53,732 nucleotides of DNA. It comes from Octopus bimaculoides (taxonomy: Eukaryota). The stretch spans positions 376,823 to 430,554 of the forward strand of contig NC_068984.1 of NCBI RefSeq assembly GCF_001194135.2, written 5' to 3'. The stretch's first letter is position 1. The number at the start of each line of letters is the position of its first letter. The notes below the pieces were generated by a model. That model worked only from the letters and a program-made list of their open reading frames with translations. It was not told the DNA's origin and searched no databases. Positions 24,538 through 36,694 of the stretch are shown here, in pieces. Position numbers and translations under genes: made by a program.

Positions 24538-24668
24538 TACGACGGGTTTCTTTCAGTTTCCGTCTACCAAATCCACTCACAAGGCTTTGGTCGGCCCAAG
24601 GCTATAGTAGAAGAAACTTGCCCAAGTTGCCACGCAGTGGGACTGAACCTGGAACCATGTAGTTGGGA
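24538..24668 (-). mobile_element. SINE family A copy
   Basis: gacgggtttctttcagtttccgtctacc...cttgcccaagttgccacgcagtgggactgaacc. Confidence 0.9.
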
Positions 24669-25559
24669 TATATACACATATATTATCTATATATTATGTA
24701 AAGTGCACTATCTGTCTCTCTTACACACATTCTCTCACACTTGCACACGCACTCAACTCACATTAAACTACTTGCTACCATCCTTTATCTTATTTAAGTA
24801 ATGCAAAAGACCATAGTCGTGTGCTTGGGTTCCGATCCGAATTAAGGTGAAGAGAAACAACTCTTTTCTACAGAAGACAGCAATCTTTCGCAGAGAAGAG
24901 TCTCAAAGAATCTGGCGCCTATTTGCCCGTAAAACGGTGCTAAATAGAGCTAAGAATCTATTCAGAAAACCTAATGCAACGCAATAAAAGTCAAGTTGTG
25001 AAAGCCCAATAGACAAACATTTAGTTTACAGCACAACCTTAATAGAGTTTTTTTTTTAATGTCTTTTACTTTCCAGTAACTAACTTAAGGCTGATTTCGT
25101 TGTTGAAATTTATTTATATATTTGAACATTTGCACGTATACATCTCTTCCTTTCTCTCTGACTTTTTCATACACACAGAATNNNNNNNNNNNNNNNNNNN
25201 NNNNNNNNNNNNNNNNNNNNNNNNNNNNNNNNNNNNNNNNNNNNNNNNNNNNNNNNNNNNNNNNNNNNNNNNNNNNNNNNNNNNNNNNNNNNNNNNNNNN
25301 NNNNNNNNNNNNNNNNNNNNNNNGTTTCTACTTCAGTGCATGTTTATACACAATCATGGTTTACCGAAAATCTTGTTTTTCTTCTTTAGTAATGTTTAAT
25401 ATTTTGCAGATCGAGATAAAAATAACATTCGTTGTGGTGAAATATCATTGGAACATTTGTGAGATAAACTAATGGAACATTATGCTGTGGTCAGTATGTG
25501 TGGCTACAATCGTTCTGTGTTCCGTCGTTTTTTTTTTTTACTCCTTGGGTCGGAAGGTC

Positions 25560-25850
25560 CTTCTGGATGAGTGGCGGAGATGCTCTTGAGGTTTCACTTT
25601 AAACTGCTGCAAGTTGACAACTTTCAGAAAAATATGAGGAAATTCCAGAGACGAACATTCTAGATAGGAAGAGGCCTGGGTGAGGGTTGAGCACAGAAAC
25701 AAGGCAAATGATGGGAGGTAGAGAGACGAGAAGGATGGCAGTGCTAAAGAGGAGATGGTTTGGACTGAACCAGATCCGAGCAACACAGGCCAAGATAGCT
25801 GTGGTAGGAATGACGGGAAGAGGAGATGGCGTTTCGGTGAACCGGGGGGA
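25560..25850 (-). mobile_element. Possible CR1-type LINE 3' remnant
   Basis: GC-richer block; translation ...FPHIFLKVVNLQQFK resembles the CR1-type C-terminal 'LP..IFP..NLQ.FK'. Weak. Confidence 0.35.
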
Positions 25851-27167
25851 TGGAATGTATCAGTGTCCTGTCTGCAGTCATTCTCTGTCCAGACTAAAAC
25901 CAATCAGTCTACAATCATTGCGTGTCCAGTGTATAAATGATTCCGTGTCCAGCCTTCAACCAGGCAGTGTCCAGTGTTTGTTGATACAATCATTTTAACA
26001 TGAGAACATCTAGACACAAGCTGCGTCAGTAATAAAAACAAACACTTTCAACTGGAATGACTCTGCAACTTCCACCCAAACGGACGCCCCTTCTCAATCA
26101 AGACCCTTGCTTGCATTGTGACAAACGTTTACCTCAATGAAGCGCATAACAGCTAAATATCAATCAAATCACATCGTATTGTGGTAAATAGCGAAGGAGG
26201 CCTTAGATATATTACGACTTAAAAAGGTGGAATAATCACAGCGGTAACGTCCTCGGCTTTAATAGCATTGGGGGGGGGGGCTTGTCTCGTTAAATAACAA
26301 CAGCAAAAGAAAAAGATAAATAATAAGAATATCAAAGACAGCTAAAAAAATGAACAACGACAATGACAACAATAACAACAACAATAACTGAATAAATTTC
26401 ATTTCAAATTCGCAACCGTCTTGAAAGAAATCGAAGTTGTTGGAAGATTGGAAGAAATGTGAGAATTTAAAGAAAGAAACACGAAACGAAACTGATAAAT
26501 TCCAAGACGAAGGAGAAAGAATGTTAAGAGTCTGCATAAATTAAACTATTTAATGTATTCTAGGGGTGTAGCACCAGTGTAAGTGTACTTAAAGTGTTGT
26601 GAAGAATTTCTAAATATGATTGAACGATTTCATACAAAGAAAATCATCAGATTTGTGTGAAAGCATCCGTATTAATGGGCACAAAAATCATTAGCAACAG
26701 AATGTTTATATGTTTTACGAAAACTTTTTGCAATCCTCAAATTATATGAGAAATATTTTGTGTTGCTAGAAAATCCAGTTTCTCCCAAATCCTTTCAGAG
26801 GCTCTGAATAAATCTCTATCATTCATTTGCTAAAAGATTGATTACAAAAATATACAACACCCGAGTCTATGTCTTCTAAAAGTGCACAGACATTTCTTGC
26901 GAATGAGCAACAAAGAATGTTTGTTAAATGATCTCAACTGTGTTCATATAGAGGTTGCAGATTGAACTAAGCCTACTGATCCACTAGATCTTGATGCAGT
27001 GGAATGGGTAATTTCGCTTTGGAAACGCCCTGCCATCCCGAGAGACAAAGTAATTCCCCAACTTAGAGAAACTGAATTCAAAAGAAGCAAAATCAATAAA
27101 TGTGTATTTGAGTTGGATAAATAGAAAATCCCGTAAATTATTACTACAAGGTTTCAAGATATTCAAT

Positions 27168-27454
27168 GACTCTCTCTCTCTCTCTATCTCTCACTTTCTC
27201 TATCTCTCACTTTCTCTCTCTCTCTCTATCTCTCACTTTCTCTCTCTCTCTCTCTTNNNNNNNNNNNNNNNNNNNNNNNNNNNNNNNNNNNNNNNNNNNN
27301 NNNNNNNNNNNNNNNNNNNNNNNNNNNNNNNNNNNNNNNNNNNNNTTCTCTATCTCTCACTTTCTCTCTCTCTCTCTATCTCTCACTTTCTCTCTCTCTC
27401 TCTCTTTCTCTCTTTCCATCTCTCTCTCTCTCTCTCTCTTTCCATCTCTCTCTA

Positions 27455-27499
<45 letters not shown>

Positions 27500-27500
27500 G
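27168..27500. repeat. Compound (CT)n pyrimidine-rich satellite with N-gap
   Basis: Direct. Confidence 0.95.
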
Positions 27501-27586
27501 GTAAAATAATCAACAAAAAGAGTGTAAAATATTTCGGACACAGCGAAAAGTTAGTTAACTAACACACACACATATATATAGATTTT

Positions 27587-27742
27587 GCTGTGTGGTAAGA
27601 AGCTTGCTTCCCAACCACCTGGTTCCGGGTTCAGTCCCACTGCGTGGCACTTTGGGCAAGTGTCTTCTATTATAACCTCAAGCCGGCCAAAGCCTTGTGA
27701 GCGGATTTGGTAGACGGAAACTGAACAGAAGCCCTTCGTATA
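27587..27742 (+). mobile_element. SINE family A copy (sense orientation)
   Basis: gctgtgtggtaagaagcttgc...ggttcagtccc (B box)...ctttgggcaagtgtcttc...gatttggtagacggaaactg. Confidence 0.9.
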
Positions 27743-27764
27743 TTATATAGCGCTACTAGTAATA

Positions 27765-29200
27765 TGTACCCAGTACGACCTATTGCATGGTCGGGTGGTC
27801 AGCGACTAAAGTGGCAACCCCACGAAGCTTGCTTGGTGTGGAGGGTGATTGTTGGACACCCTGCGGTTGTCCTCCAGTGGTGACAAAGCAGGTCTATTTA
27901 AACATTGCTCGACTCAATCTTGAAAGGATCATCAAACACGTTGTAAATGATATCTATCCAGAATTATAGTGTAGATATCGCTCTGGTCGTGGCACTATCG
28001 ACACGATCTTTTCCCTCCGACGGGTCTTGGAAAAGGTACGTGAGAAAAATCAAGAGGTGTTCTTGATATTTGTTGAGCTTCTTAAGGACTTCGACACTGT
28101 TAACCGGCAAGCAGTTGGGAAAGTTCTGAAAAGCTTGGTGCACCTGACAAGATGTTGAATGTTATCATCTCCTTTCATGAGGGAATGAAGGCTACTGTCG
28201 TGTCCAGTCGGGGAATCTTCGACTTCCTTCAGCATTACAAACGGCACATAGCAAGGTTGTGTTATGGCTCCTGTTTTGTTTGCACTCTTCTTTTCAGTGA
28301 TGCTGAGGCATGCTTTTGGTGACATACAAAATAGTGTCCAACTCCAGTTTCGAACAAGTAGTGGACTATTCAATCATCAGCGTTTCAAAGCAAGAACACT
28401 GCCAAGCACCAGTATCATTCTTGATCTACTTTTTGTAGATGATGCTGCACGAGTAGCAACCCCTTTAGAGAAAGATCAGGAACTTCTAGACCAGTTTTCT
28501 ACAGCATAAAGAAGACAGAAGTAAACCACCAAACTTGCTCTACTCCTAAACAAATTCGAGATGTCAAGCAGAGGCCACCGGTTCACACTTTTCCTCATAT
28601 TCCTATACAGGTTGATGGGAAAAACCTAAATTATGTGAAGTCCTTTACATATCTTAGTAGTAAAGTGAATTTGAGTGCTTCCCTTGATGGTGAGATCGTC
28701 AACGCATTTGACAAACTCCGTCATCGTCTGTGGAATAAAAGGGACATCAAACTTGACACCAAAGTACAGGTCTATGAAGCTGCGATTCTTACTACTCTCT
28801 CGTATAGTTCAGAATCGTGGATATACTATAGACGATACATTAACCAACTAGACATCTTCCATAAAGACTGTATTCATTAGAAGACAGAGATTCTAATGTT
28901 TAGCAAGTGTAAGATTGGTGGAATCGAGAGCTTTCTTATGCAGTTACAATTGTACTGGGCTGGCCGTGTCGTCAGAATGAGTGACGAAAGAATACCCAAA
29001 GTCCTGGCGGTTGCAAATATACCACCTGCACTGACCTGTAATCCTCGTACTTGCAGGATCTCTGGGCTTCTTTGCAAATCGTTGGCGGGACATTCGACAT
29101 AAGCATTATGACTGACAAAGAAAGAGCAGGTTGTCGGATCCTCATACGTTGAAATCGACGGGAGAGTCTATCATATACACTGAACCACAAAAGAAACGCG
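27765..29200 (+). mobile_element. RTE-clade (BovB-like) LINE remnant, internally deleted
   Basis: RSGRGTIDTIFSLRRVLEKVRE...FDTVNR; QGCVMAPVLFALFF; DLLFVDD (FADD motif); FTYLSS; LYWAGRVVRMSDERIPK. Confidence 0.92.
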
Positions 29201-29442
29201 AGACATGTGTGACTGTGAAATATGTTTTAATTTCATTATGTCAGAGATAAATTTTGATAAACCTGATAAAGTTAATTTCTTGGATGCACTTTGACCACAA
29301 TCTATGGGTCGTTGTCATGTGTTCTGGTAATGGGCAGATCAAACACATCAAGATTGTAGAGTGCGACATGTGCAATACCATGTATACCCTCCCTGGATGT
29401 TCAAATCGGCCATACACCGTCGGTACATGGAGCCATTGGCAC

Positions 29443-29683
29443 CTGGAAAAATAAGAATCCAAATAACCGTATCTTACTAAATAAATAATAAAAATATCAG
29501 TACTTGTAGGAAAGCTCTCGCTAGTACAATAAATGAAATGTAAACGCTTAATACTAATCATTCAAGTTAAAAGTGTGGTTCATCCAAAATAATAGCTGTG
29601 GACTGACGAGTGCTTTCCTACAAGTACTGATATTTTTATTATTTATTTAGTAAGATACGTTATTTGAATTCTTATTTTTCCAG
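29443..29683. repeat. 77-78 bp near-perfect inverted repeat with 86-bp spacer
   Basis: 29443-29520 mirrors 29607-29683 with three differences by hand alignment. Confidence 0.95.
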
Positions 29684-29684
29684 A

Positions 29685-29791
29685 GACCTGAGGAGTGACC
29701 ATATTTTGAATAGAGTATAATCTTGATCAATTTATTGTGAATTGTACTGGTTTTTTTCCTGCTATTATGTGGCCACGAAACGCACGTAGTC
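29685..29791 (+). ncRNA. Type I hammerhead ribozyme motif with ~60-70 nt loop II
   Basis: GAC-CTGAGGA-GTGACCatat-(~62 nt)-atgtGGCCAC-GAAAC-GCAC-GTA-GTC. Core intact with a G10.1-C11.1 pair and a 3-bp stem I. Loop III is one base from palindromic CGCGCG or CGTACG. Confidence 0.75.
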
Positions 29792-30000
29792 AAAACTTTA
29801 CCTTCTATTTTATCAATTTACTAAGTTGAATTAAATTTTTAGTCTAGTATTTTATAGATGTTAATGGATTTTATACTTTTCTTTTAGATTTTATAGATTT
29901 TTAAATTAATATTTTGTAGAGTACGTTTTTCTGGATGGTGATTGGTCTCCTGTATTGTTTTGTATATCGGTGGTTCTTCTCTGAATTATATATACATATA

Positions 30001-30165
30001 TACGACGGGTTTCTTTCAGTTCCCGTGTACCAAATCCACTCACAAGGATTTGGTCAACCTGAGAGTATAGTAGAAGACACTTGCCAAACGTTCTACACAG
30101 TGGGACCGAACCCGAAACTTTATGGCTGGGAAGCGAGCTTCTTACCACGCAACCACGCCTGCGCC
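30001..30165 (-). mobile_element. SINE family A copy
   Basis: tacgacgggtttctttcagttcccgtgtaccaaatccactcacaagg...cttaccacgcaaccacgcctgcgcc. Confidence 0.88.
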
Positions 30166-30194
30166 TATATACATATATATATATCTAAATATGT

Positions 30195-30233
<39 letters not shown>

Positions 30234-30653
30234 CCTTATGGATTAAAAAGCTGAGATGCCGATTTTGACGTATGAGCTATCAAAAGATTCAGTAATCTTT
30301 CGGTTACCAAATAAAGTATGTTTTTGGCACAGCAAATCTTTTTTACTACAAAAATTACATCGAAAGGAGGTCGAGTCGCACAATTTTGAGTCTTTAGATA
30401 AGGGAGGCAACTCCGCCTGAACAATCTGTATGGAGTTTTACCAGGGAATGAAACTCCGAAGATATGCCGTCAACTTTGTTAGTATTATTTACCAGATAAT
30501 CTTTTAATATGAAGTATGCTTGTCTATATCTTGATGTTTTGTTTTGCACTGAGCTGCACCTGATGCAGCAGACTCATCGCATAGCTTTTTTTGTTTTACT
30601 TTCTGAAATACTGTAAACCTGTGTCTTTCTTTTGATGAAAGAATGTCAGACAC

Positions 30654-30697
30654 GTGTGTGTGTGTATGTGTGTGTGTATGTGTGTGTGTATGTGTGT

Positions 30698-30745
<48 letters not shown>
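30654..30745. repeat. (TG)n/(TGTA) microsatellite
   Basis: Direct. Confidence 0.95.
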
Positions 30746-30748
<3 letters not shown>

Positions 30749-31195
30749 GTTGAAAAAATACTTTTCCTCAGAATATTTTTCACAATTTTTTAAGGAGTCT
30801 GGACATCTTTCTTGCTGCTAACCATTCAACTTCAAATTACAATTGTTAATTGTTGGCAGTCAAGTGGACTGAGATGTACATATAGTGTTATCATATAGTG
30901 TCAAAGTTCAATATGAAGTTTTGAACTCATTATCCTGTGGTTAGTAAACCATTGCCTTAAATTTGAAGCTATTAAGTCTTTAAATATTATTTTACTGGGT
31001 TTAGTCTTTCGAATGTCGCCATGATGGAGTATCACCATCAAAAATTTAATTGATCAAACTGAGCTCAGTACATGTTTCAATTTTGACATTTATTTAATAG
31101 ATCTCTGCTTAATGAACTGCTAACTATGAGACAGAGTGGGACACAATACTTGATTTAACAACAAATGTAAACACAAACACACAAACGTATTAAGG

Positions 31196-31345
31196 GCAAG
31201 AACGACTGTGTGGTTGAGAGGTTTGCTTCCTAACCACATGGTTCCACGTTCAGACCCTCTACATGGTACCTTGGGCAAGTGTTTTCCACTATAGCCCTAG
31301 GCCAAACACAGACTTGTGACGAAATTTGGTAGACGGAAACTGCAG
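31196..31345 (+). mobile_element. SINE family A copy (sense orientation)
   Basis: gactgtgtggttgagaggtttgcttcctaaccacatggttc...ccttgggcaagtg...ttggtagacggaaactg. Confidence 0.82.
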
Positions 31346-31516
31346 CGTTGTTCATCAGAAAATTACCAGAAAGCATGTTTATAAAGAAGATTTGTTTGGT
31401 TTATACTCTTCGTGTGCTAATTCTCTCCATAAGAAAAGAACAAAAATTACAATGTGGTTGCTTGTCATAACACCCAGGCAACGCCGGGATGCATTGCTAG
31501 TGTGTGTATGTGTGTG

Positions 31517-31567
<51 letters not shown>

Positions 31568-32735
31568 CATGTGTGTGTGTGTATACCCACACATATATAA
31601 ATAAATTTAGTGTATAGAACAAACTATACAGTGCACGTAAGGAAGTTGTATATTTTGCTGTGTTGTTTCTAATATAGCTGGAGATTTCCTGTCAATGATA
31701 AAAAGTACTTTTATTATACTATAATCCCTTAAGTAAGAATAACATAAAAGCCATAATTGCTTAGAAACATCACAACCGTAATATCCCACCATAAAGAAAA
31801 TAACAGATACAGGAACAGATATACGCAATCACCAGATCTGAATAGCAGTAACCTCACCTGCTGTACATTTAATGGCAAATGTCAGACACAAGTACGAAAG
31901 TAGAATGTGAAAAATGTTATCGAAAGATTGTATTGCATAAATTATTTTACTAAGCGTCAACATTGGAATAGAAAGAATAGAGAGAAGAGTGAGTTATCGG
32001 GAGATAAAACTAACTCTACCACTCAATAATAACTTAATGGGGGATCCCTAAGTATAATAGATGATGCATATATGGTATATAAGCTCGACTTTTTCTACTT
32101 CTACAACCTGATGTGGCTTGCTCAGTATGTTCCAACTACACCTTGAATATATACATATGTACACAGATACACACACACACATGCAGATAATACATACATG
32201 CAGATACACACATACATATATACATGCAGATACATACATACATACATACATTCACAATGGATGTATGTACCATGAAACGTGCAAGAAAAAAAGAATATTT
32301 ATAGCGAATTAACGGGGTACATCTCTTGCACCCCGATATAAGCCCTCATTTGTACATATCATCGTAGATGCACTATTAGGCTATTTTTATCTACAAATTA
32401 ACATAAAAACCTAGAAATGCTAGATTTTTCGAAGAAAGAGCAAAAGAAGTCGACGCAGATTTTCCAAATCAAATCGATTTGATTTGGAGAATCTGAGATT
32501 CTTTAGGTGAATAATTAGATGCACAAATCTGGGTGTTTGCAACAATAATTCAAGCAACGTAACCGCATATTTACAAACATCAGCAACTGTCTCAACTCAA
32601 AACGTCTTGTCGCTTTGTTAACGAGCGGTTTGAACTCTCGTAAAAAGAACTTGAATAACAAATGTATATATGTATGTGTGTACCTCATACAGATATAGGG
32701 TAAAAATTAATAATTAATTGATAATTAGTAATTTT

Positions 32736-35670
32736 ACGTGTGTATGTACGTGTGTATGTACGTGTGTATGTACGTGTGTATGTACGTGTGTATGTACGTA
32801 CGTGTGTGTGTACGTACGTACGTATGTACGTACGTACGTATGTACGTATGTATGTACGTACGTACGTATGTACGTACGTATGTACGTGTGTACGTGCGTG
32901 CGCGCGTGCGTGCGTACGTACGTACGTACGTGTGTGTACGTATGTATGTGCGTATGTACGTACGTGTGTGTACGTGCGTGTGTATGTACGTGTGTGTNNN
33001 NNNNNNNNNNNNNNNNNNNNNNNNNNNNNNNNNNNNNNNNNNNNNNNNNNNNNNNNNNNNNNNNNNNNNNNNNNNNNNNNNNNNNNNNNNNNNNNNNNNN
33101 NNNNNNNNNNNNNNNNNNNNNNNNNNNNNNNNNNNNNNNNNNNNNNNNNNNNNNNNNNNNNNNNNNNNNNNNNNNNNNNNNNNNNNNNNNNNNNNNNNNN
33201 NNNNNNNNNNNNNNNNNNNNNNNNNNNNNNNNNNNNNNNNNNNNNNNNNNNNNNNNNNNNNNNNNNNNNNNNNNNNNNNNNNNNNNNNNNNNNNNNNNNN
33301 NNNNNNNNNNNNNNNNNNNNNNNNNNNNNNNNNNNNNNNNNNNNNNNNNNNNNNNNNNNNNNNNNNNNNNNNNNNNNNNNNNNNNNNNNNNNNNNNNNNN
33401 NNNNNNNNNNNNNNNNNNNNNNNNNNNNNNNNNNNNNNNNNNNNNNNNNNNNNNNNNNNNNNNNNNNNNNNNNNNNNNNNNNNNNNNNNNNNNNNNNNNN
33501 NNNNNNNNNNNNNNNNNNNNNNNNNNNNNNNNNNNNNNNNNNNNNNNNNNNNNNNNNNNNNNNNNNNNNNNNNNNNNNNNNNNNNNNNNNNNNNNNNNNN
33601 NNNNNNNNNNNNNNNNNNNNNNNNNNNNNNNNNNNNNNNNNNNNNNNNNNNNNNNNNNNNNNNNNNNNNNNNNNNNNNNNNNNNNNNNNNNNNNNNNNNN
33701 NNNNNNNNNNNNNNNNNNNNNNGTATGTACGTATGTATGTACGTATGTATGTACGTATGTATGTACGTATGTATGTATGTATGTACGTATGTACGTGTGT
33801 GTGTATGTACGTATGTGTGTATGTACGTATGTGTGTGTACGTATGTGTGTGTGTACGTACGTGTGTGTGTACGTACGTGTGTGTGTACGTACGTGTGTGT
33901 GTACGTACGTGTGTGTGTACGTACGTGTGTGTGTAAGTACGTGTGTGTGTACGTACGTGTGTGTACGTACGTGTGTGTGTACGTACGTGTGTGTGTACGT
34001 ACGTATGTGTGTACGTATGTATGTGTGTACGTATGTATGTATGTGTGTACGTATGTATGTATGTGTGTACGTACGTATGTATGTGTGTACGTACGTATGT
34101 ATGTGTGTACGTACGTATGTGTGTGTGTACGTACGTATGTGTGTGTGTACGTACGTATGTGTGTGTGTACGTACGTATGTGTGTGTGTACGTACGTATCC
34201 GTGTGTGTACGTACGTATGTGTGTGTGTACGTACGTACATACATACGTACGTACGTATGTACGTACGTACGTATGTACATACGTACGTATGTACATACGT
34301 ACGTATGTACGTACGTACGTACGTACGTATGTACGTACGTACGTATGTACGTACGTACGTACGTACGTATGTACGTACGTACGTACGTACGTATGTACGT
34401 ACGTATGTATGTACGTACGTATGTATGTGCGTACGTATGTACGTATGTATGTGCGTATGTATGTATGTATGTATGTACGTACGTATGTATGTACGTACGT
34501 ATGTATGTACGTACGTATGTATGTACGTACGTATGTATGTACGTATGTATGTATGTACGTATGTATGTACGTACGTATGTTTGTATGTACGTATGTATGT
34601 ACGTATGTATGTATGTATGTATGTACGTATGTATGTATGTATGTNNNNNNNNNNNNNNNNNNNNNNNNNNNNNNNNNNNNNNNNNNNNNNNNNNNNNNNN
34701 NNNNNNNNNNNNNNNNNNNNNNNNNNNNNNNNNNNNNNNNNNNNNNNNNNNNNNNNNNNNNNNNNNNNNNNNNNNNNNNNNNNNNNNNNNNNNNNNNNNN
34801 NNNNNNNNNNNNNNNNNNNNNNNNNNNNNNNNNNNNNNNNNNNNNNNNNNNNNNNNNNNNNNNNNNNNNNNNNNNNNNNNNNNNNNNNNNNNNNNNNNNN
34901 NNNNNNNNNNNNNNNNNNNNNNNNNNNNNNNNNNNNNNNNNNNNNNNNNNNNNNNNNNNNNNNNNNNNNNNNNNNNNNNNNNNNNNNNNNNNNNNNNNNN
35001 NNNNNNNNNNNNNNNNNNNNNNNNNNNNNNNNNNNNNNNNNNNNNNNNNNNNNNNNNNNNNNNNNNNNNNNNNNNNNNNNNNNNNNNNNNNNNNNNNNNN
35101 NNNNNNNNNNNNNNNNNNNNNNNNNNNNNNNNNNNNNNNNNNNNNNNNNNNNNNNNNNNNNNNNNNNNNNNNNNNNNNNNNNNNNNNNNNNNNNNNNNNN
35201 NNNNNNNNNNNNNNNNNNNNNNNNNNNNNNNNNNNNNNNNNNNNNNNNNNNNNNNNNNNNNNNNNNNNNNNNNNNNNNNNNNNNNNNNNNNNNNNNNNNN
35301 NNNNNNNNNNNNNNNNNNNNNNNNNNNNNNNNNNNNNNNNNNNNNNNNNNNNNNNNNNNNNNNNNNNNNNNNNNNNNNNNNNNNNNNNNNNNNNNNNNNN
35401 NNNNNNNNNNNNNNNNNNNNNNNNNNNNNNNNNNNNNNNNNNNNNNNNNNNNNNNNNNNNNNNNNNNNNNNNNNNNNNNNNNNNNNNNNNNNNTATGTAT
35501 GTACGTATGTATGTATGTATGTATGTATGTACGTATGTATGTACGTATGTACGTATGTATGTACGTATGTACGTATGTAGGTACGTACGTATGTATGTAT
35601 GTATGTATGTACGTACGTATGCATGTATGTATGTATGTATGTATGTACGTATGTATGTACGTATGTATGT
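32736..35670. repeat. Large compound TACG/TATG/TGTG satellite with two long N-gaps
   Basis: Direct. The 400-1000 aa ORFs here are low-complexity artefacts. Confidence 0.97.
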
Positions 35671-35899
35671 CCTTATTCCGTTTTATTTCAAAACTTCTTG
35701 CGAATAGAGAAAGAATCGGTTTCTAACCTAGAACCAAGGCTCCTTCATTGGAATTTCAACATTAACAACATTGTATGTATGTATGTATGTATGTATGTAT
35801 GTATGTATACGTGCAGATTTGTGTGTTTTGTTTTATGTATGTCTTCTTATGCATATAGTTGCATATCTAGACATTCTGATATATATGATATAAATGATA

Positions 35900-36560
35900 A
35901 ACTTTTGGAAAGTTTTACGGACTTTTACAGTTCCAGTGATAGCTTCGATCTGTAGTCTTCGAATCAGCTTTCACCTTCCTGATTTCGAGAGGCTTAATTT
36001 CTCAAGATAGGTATTCAGACAGTGTGTTAGATACCCCAGTGCCCCAATAATTACAGGTATAAACCTGGACTTGTGTTGTGGATAGTGTAACTTCAGATTT
36101 CTCTATAGTCCAGCGTAGGAATTCTCTTTTTCAACTTTAACATCCACTGTGCAGCTGATTACCACAACTGTACACAGTTTCTCTTCTCTATCCTAAATCA
36201 TTATATCAGGTCTGTTGTGTTTGCATCTTATTGAGGCTTTCAGTGGGACACTCCAGCAATACTCCTTTATGTTATGAGTGGCTATGACTTCCACCATACT
36301 GTGGGTTCTTATTCCTCGGGGTTGTCCTTTCGACGGATCTCGTTATACAGTGTCCTAGCTACAAAATCACGTCTCATCAGTAGTTAATACCGTGATAACA
36401 TTTTCGGATAACCACTTATGATGTGGGTGATATCCTCAGTATTAACTCCACAAAACCTGCAAGGGCTGTCACATTTTACTGCTTTTCTTGCATCTCTGTC
36501 CCTTTTGTGCATCAGATATTTGGGTAATATTTCCTGTTCCTGGATTGTAAAATATAATAC
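35900..36560 (-). mobile_element. RLE-type LINE 3' remnant (same family as 38730-39500 and 52430-52950)
   Basis: YLMHKRDRDARKAVKCDSPCRFCGVNTEDITHIISG...; HNRPDIMI.DREEKLCTVV; FIPVIIGALG. Confidence 0.85.
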
Positions 36561-36663
36561 ATGTATATAACTATATACATACACACACATAGACGCACAT
36601 AAACGCATATATACATACATACATGCATGCATACGTACCTACATATGTATGTATGTATGTATG

Positions 36664-36694
<31 letters not shown>

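Noticed and set aside
29254-29454. 66-aa ORF with CxxC...W..H (zinc-finger-like)
   Set aside because: Wedged between LINE and inverted-repeat relics, with no splice signals or recognised family.
32685-35955. ORFs of 400-1000 aa (YVRT/MYVC repeats)
   Set aside because: Translations of a stop-free satellite plus N-runs, open in several frames on both strands.
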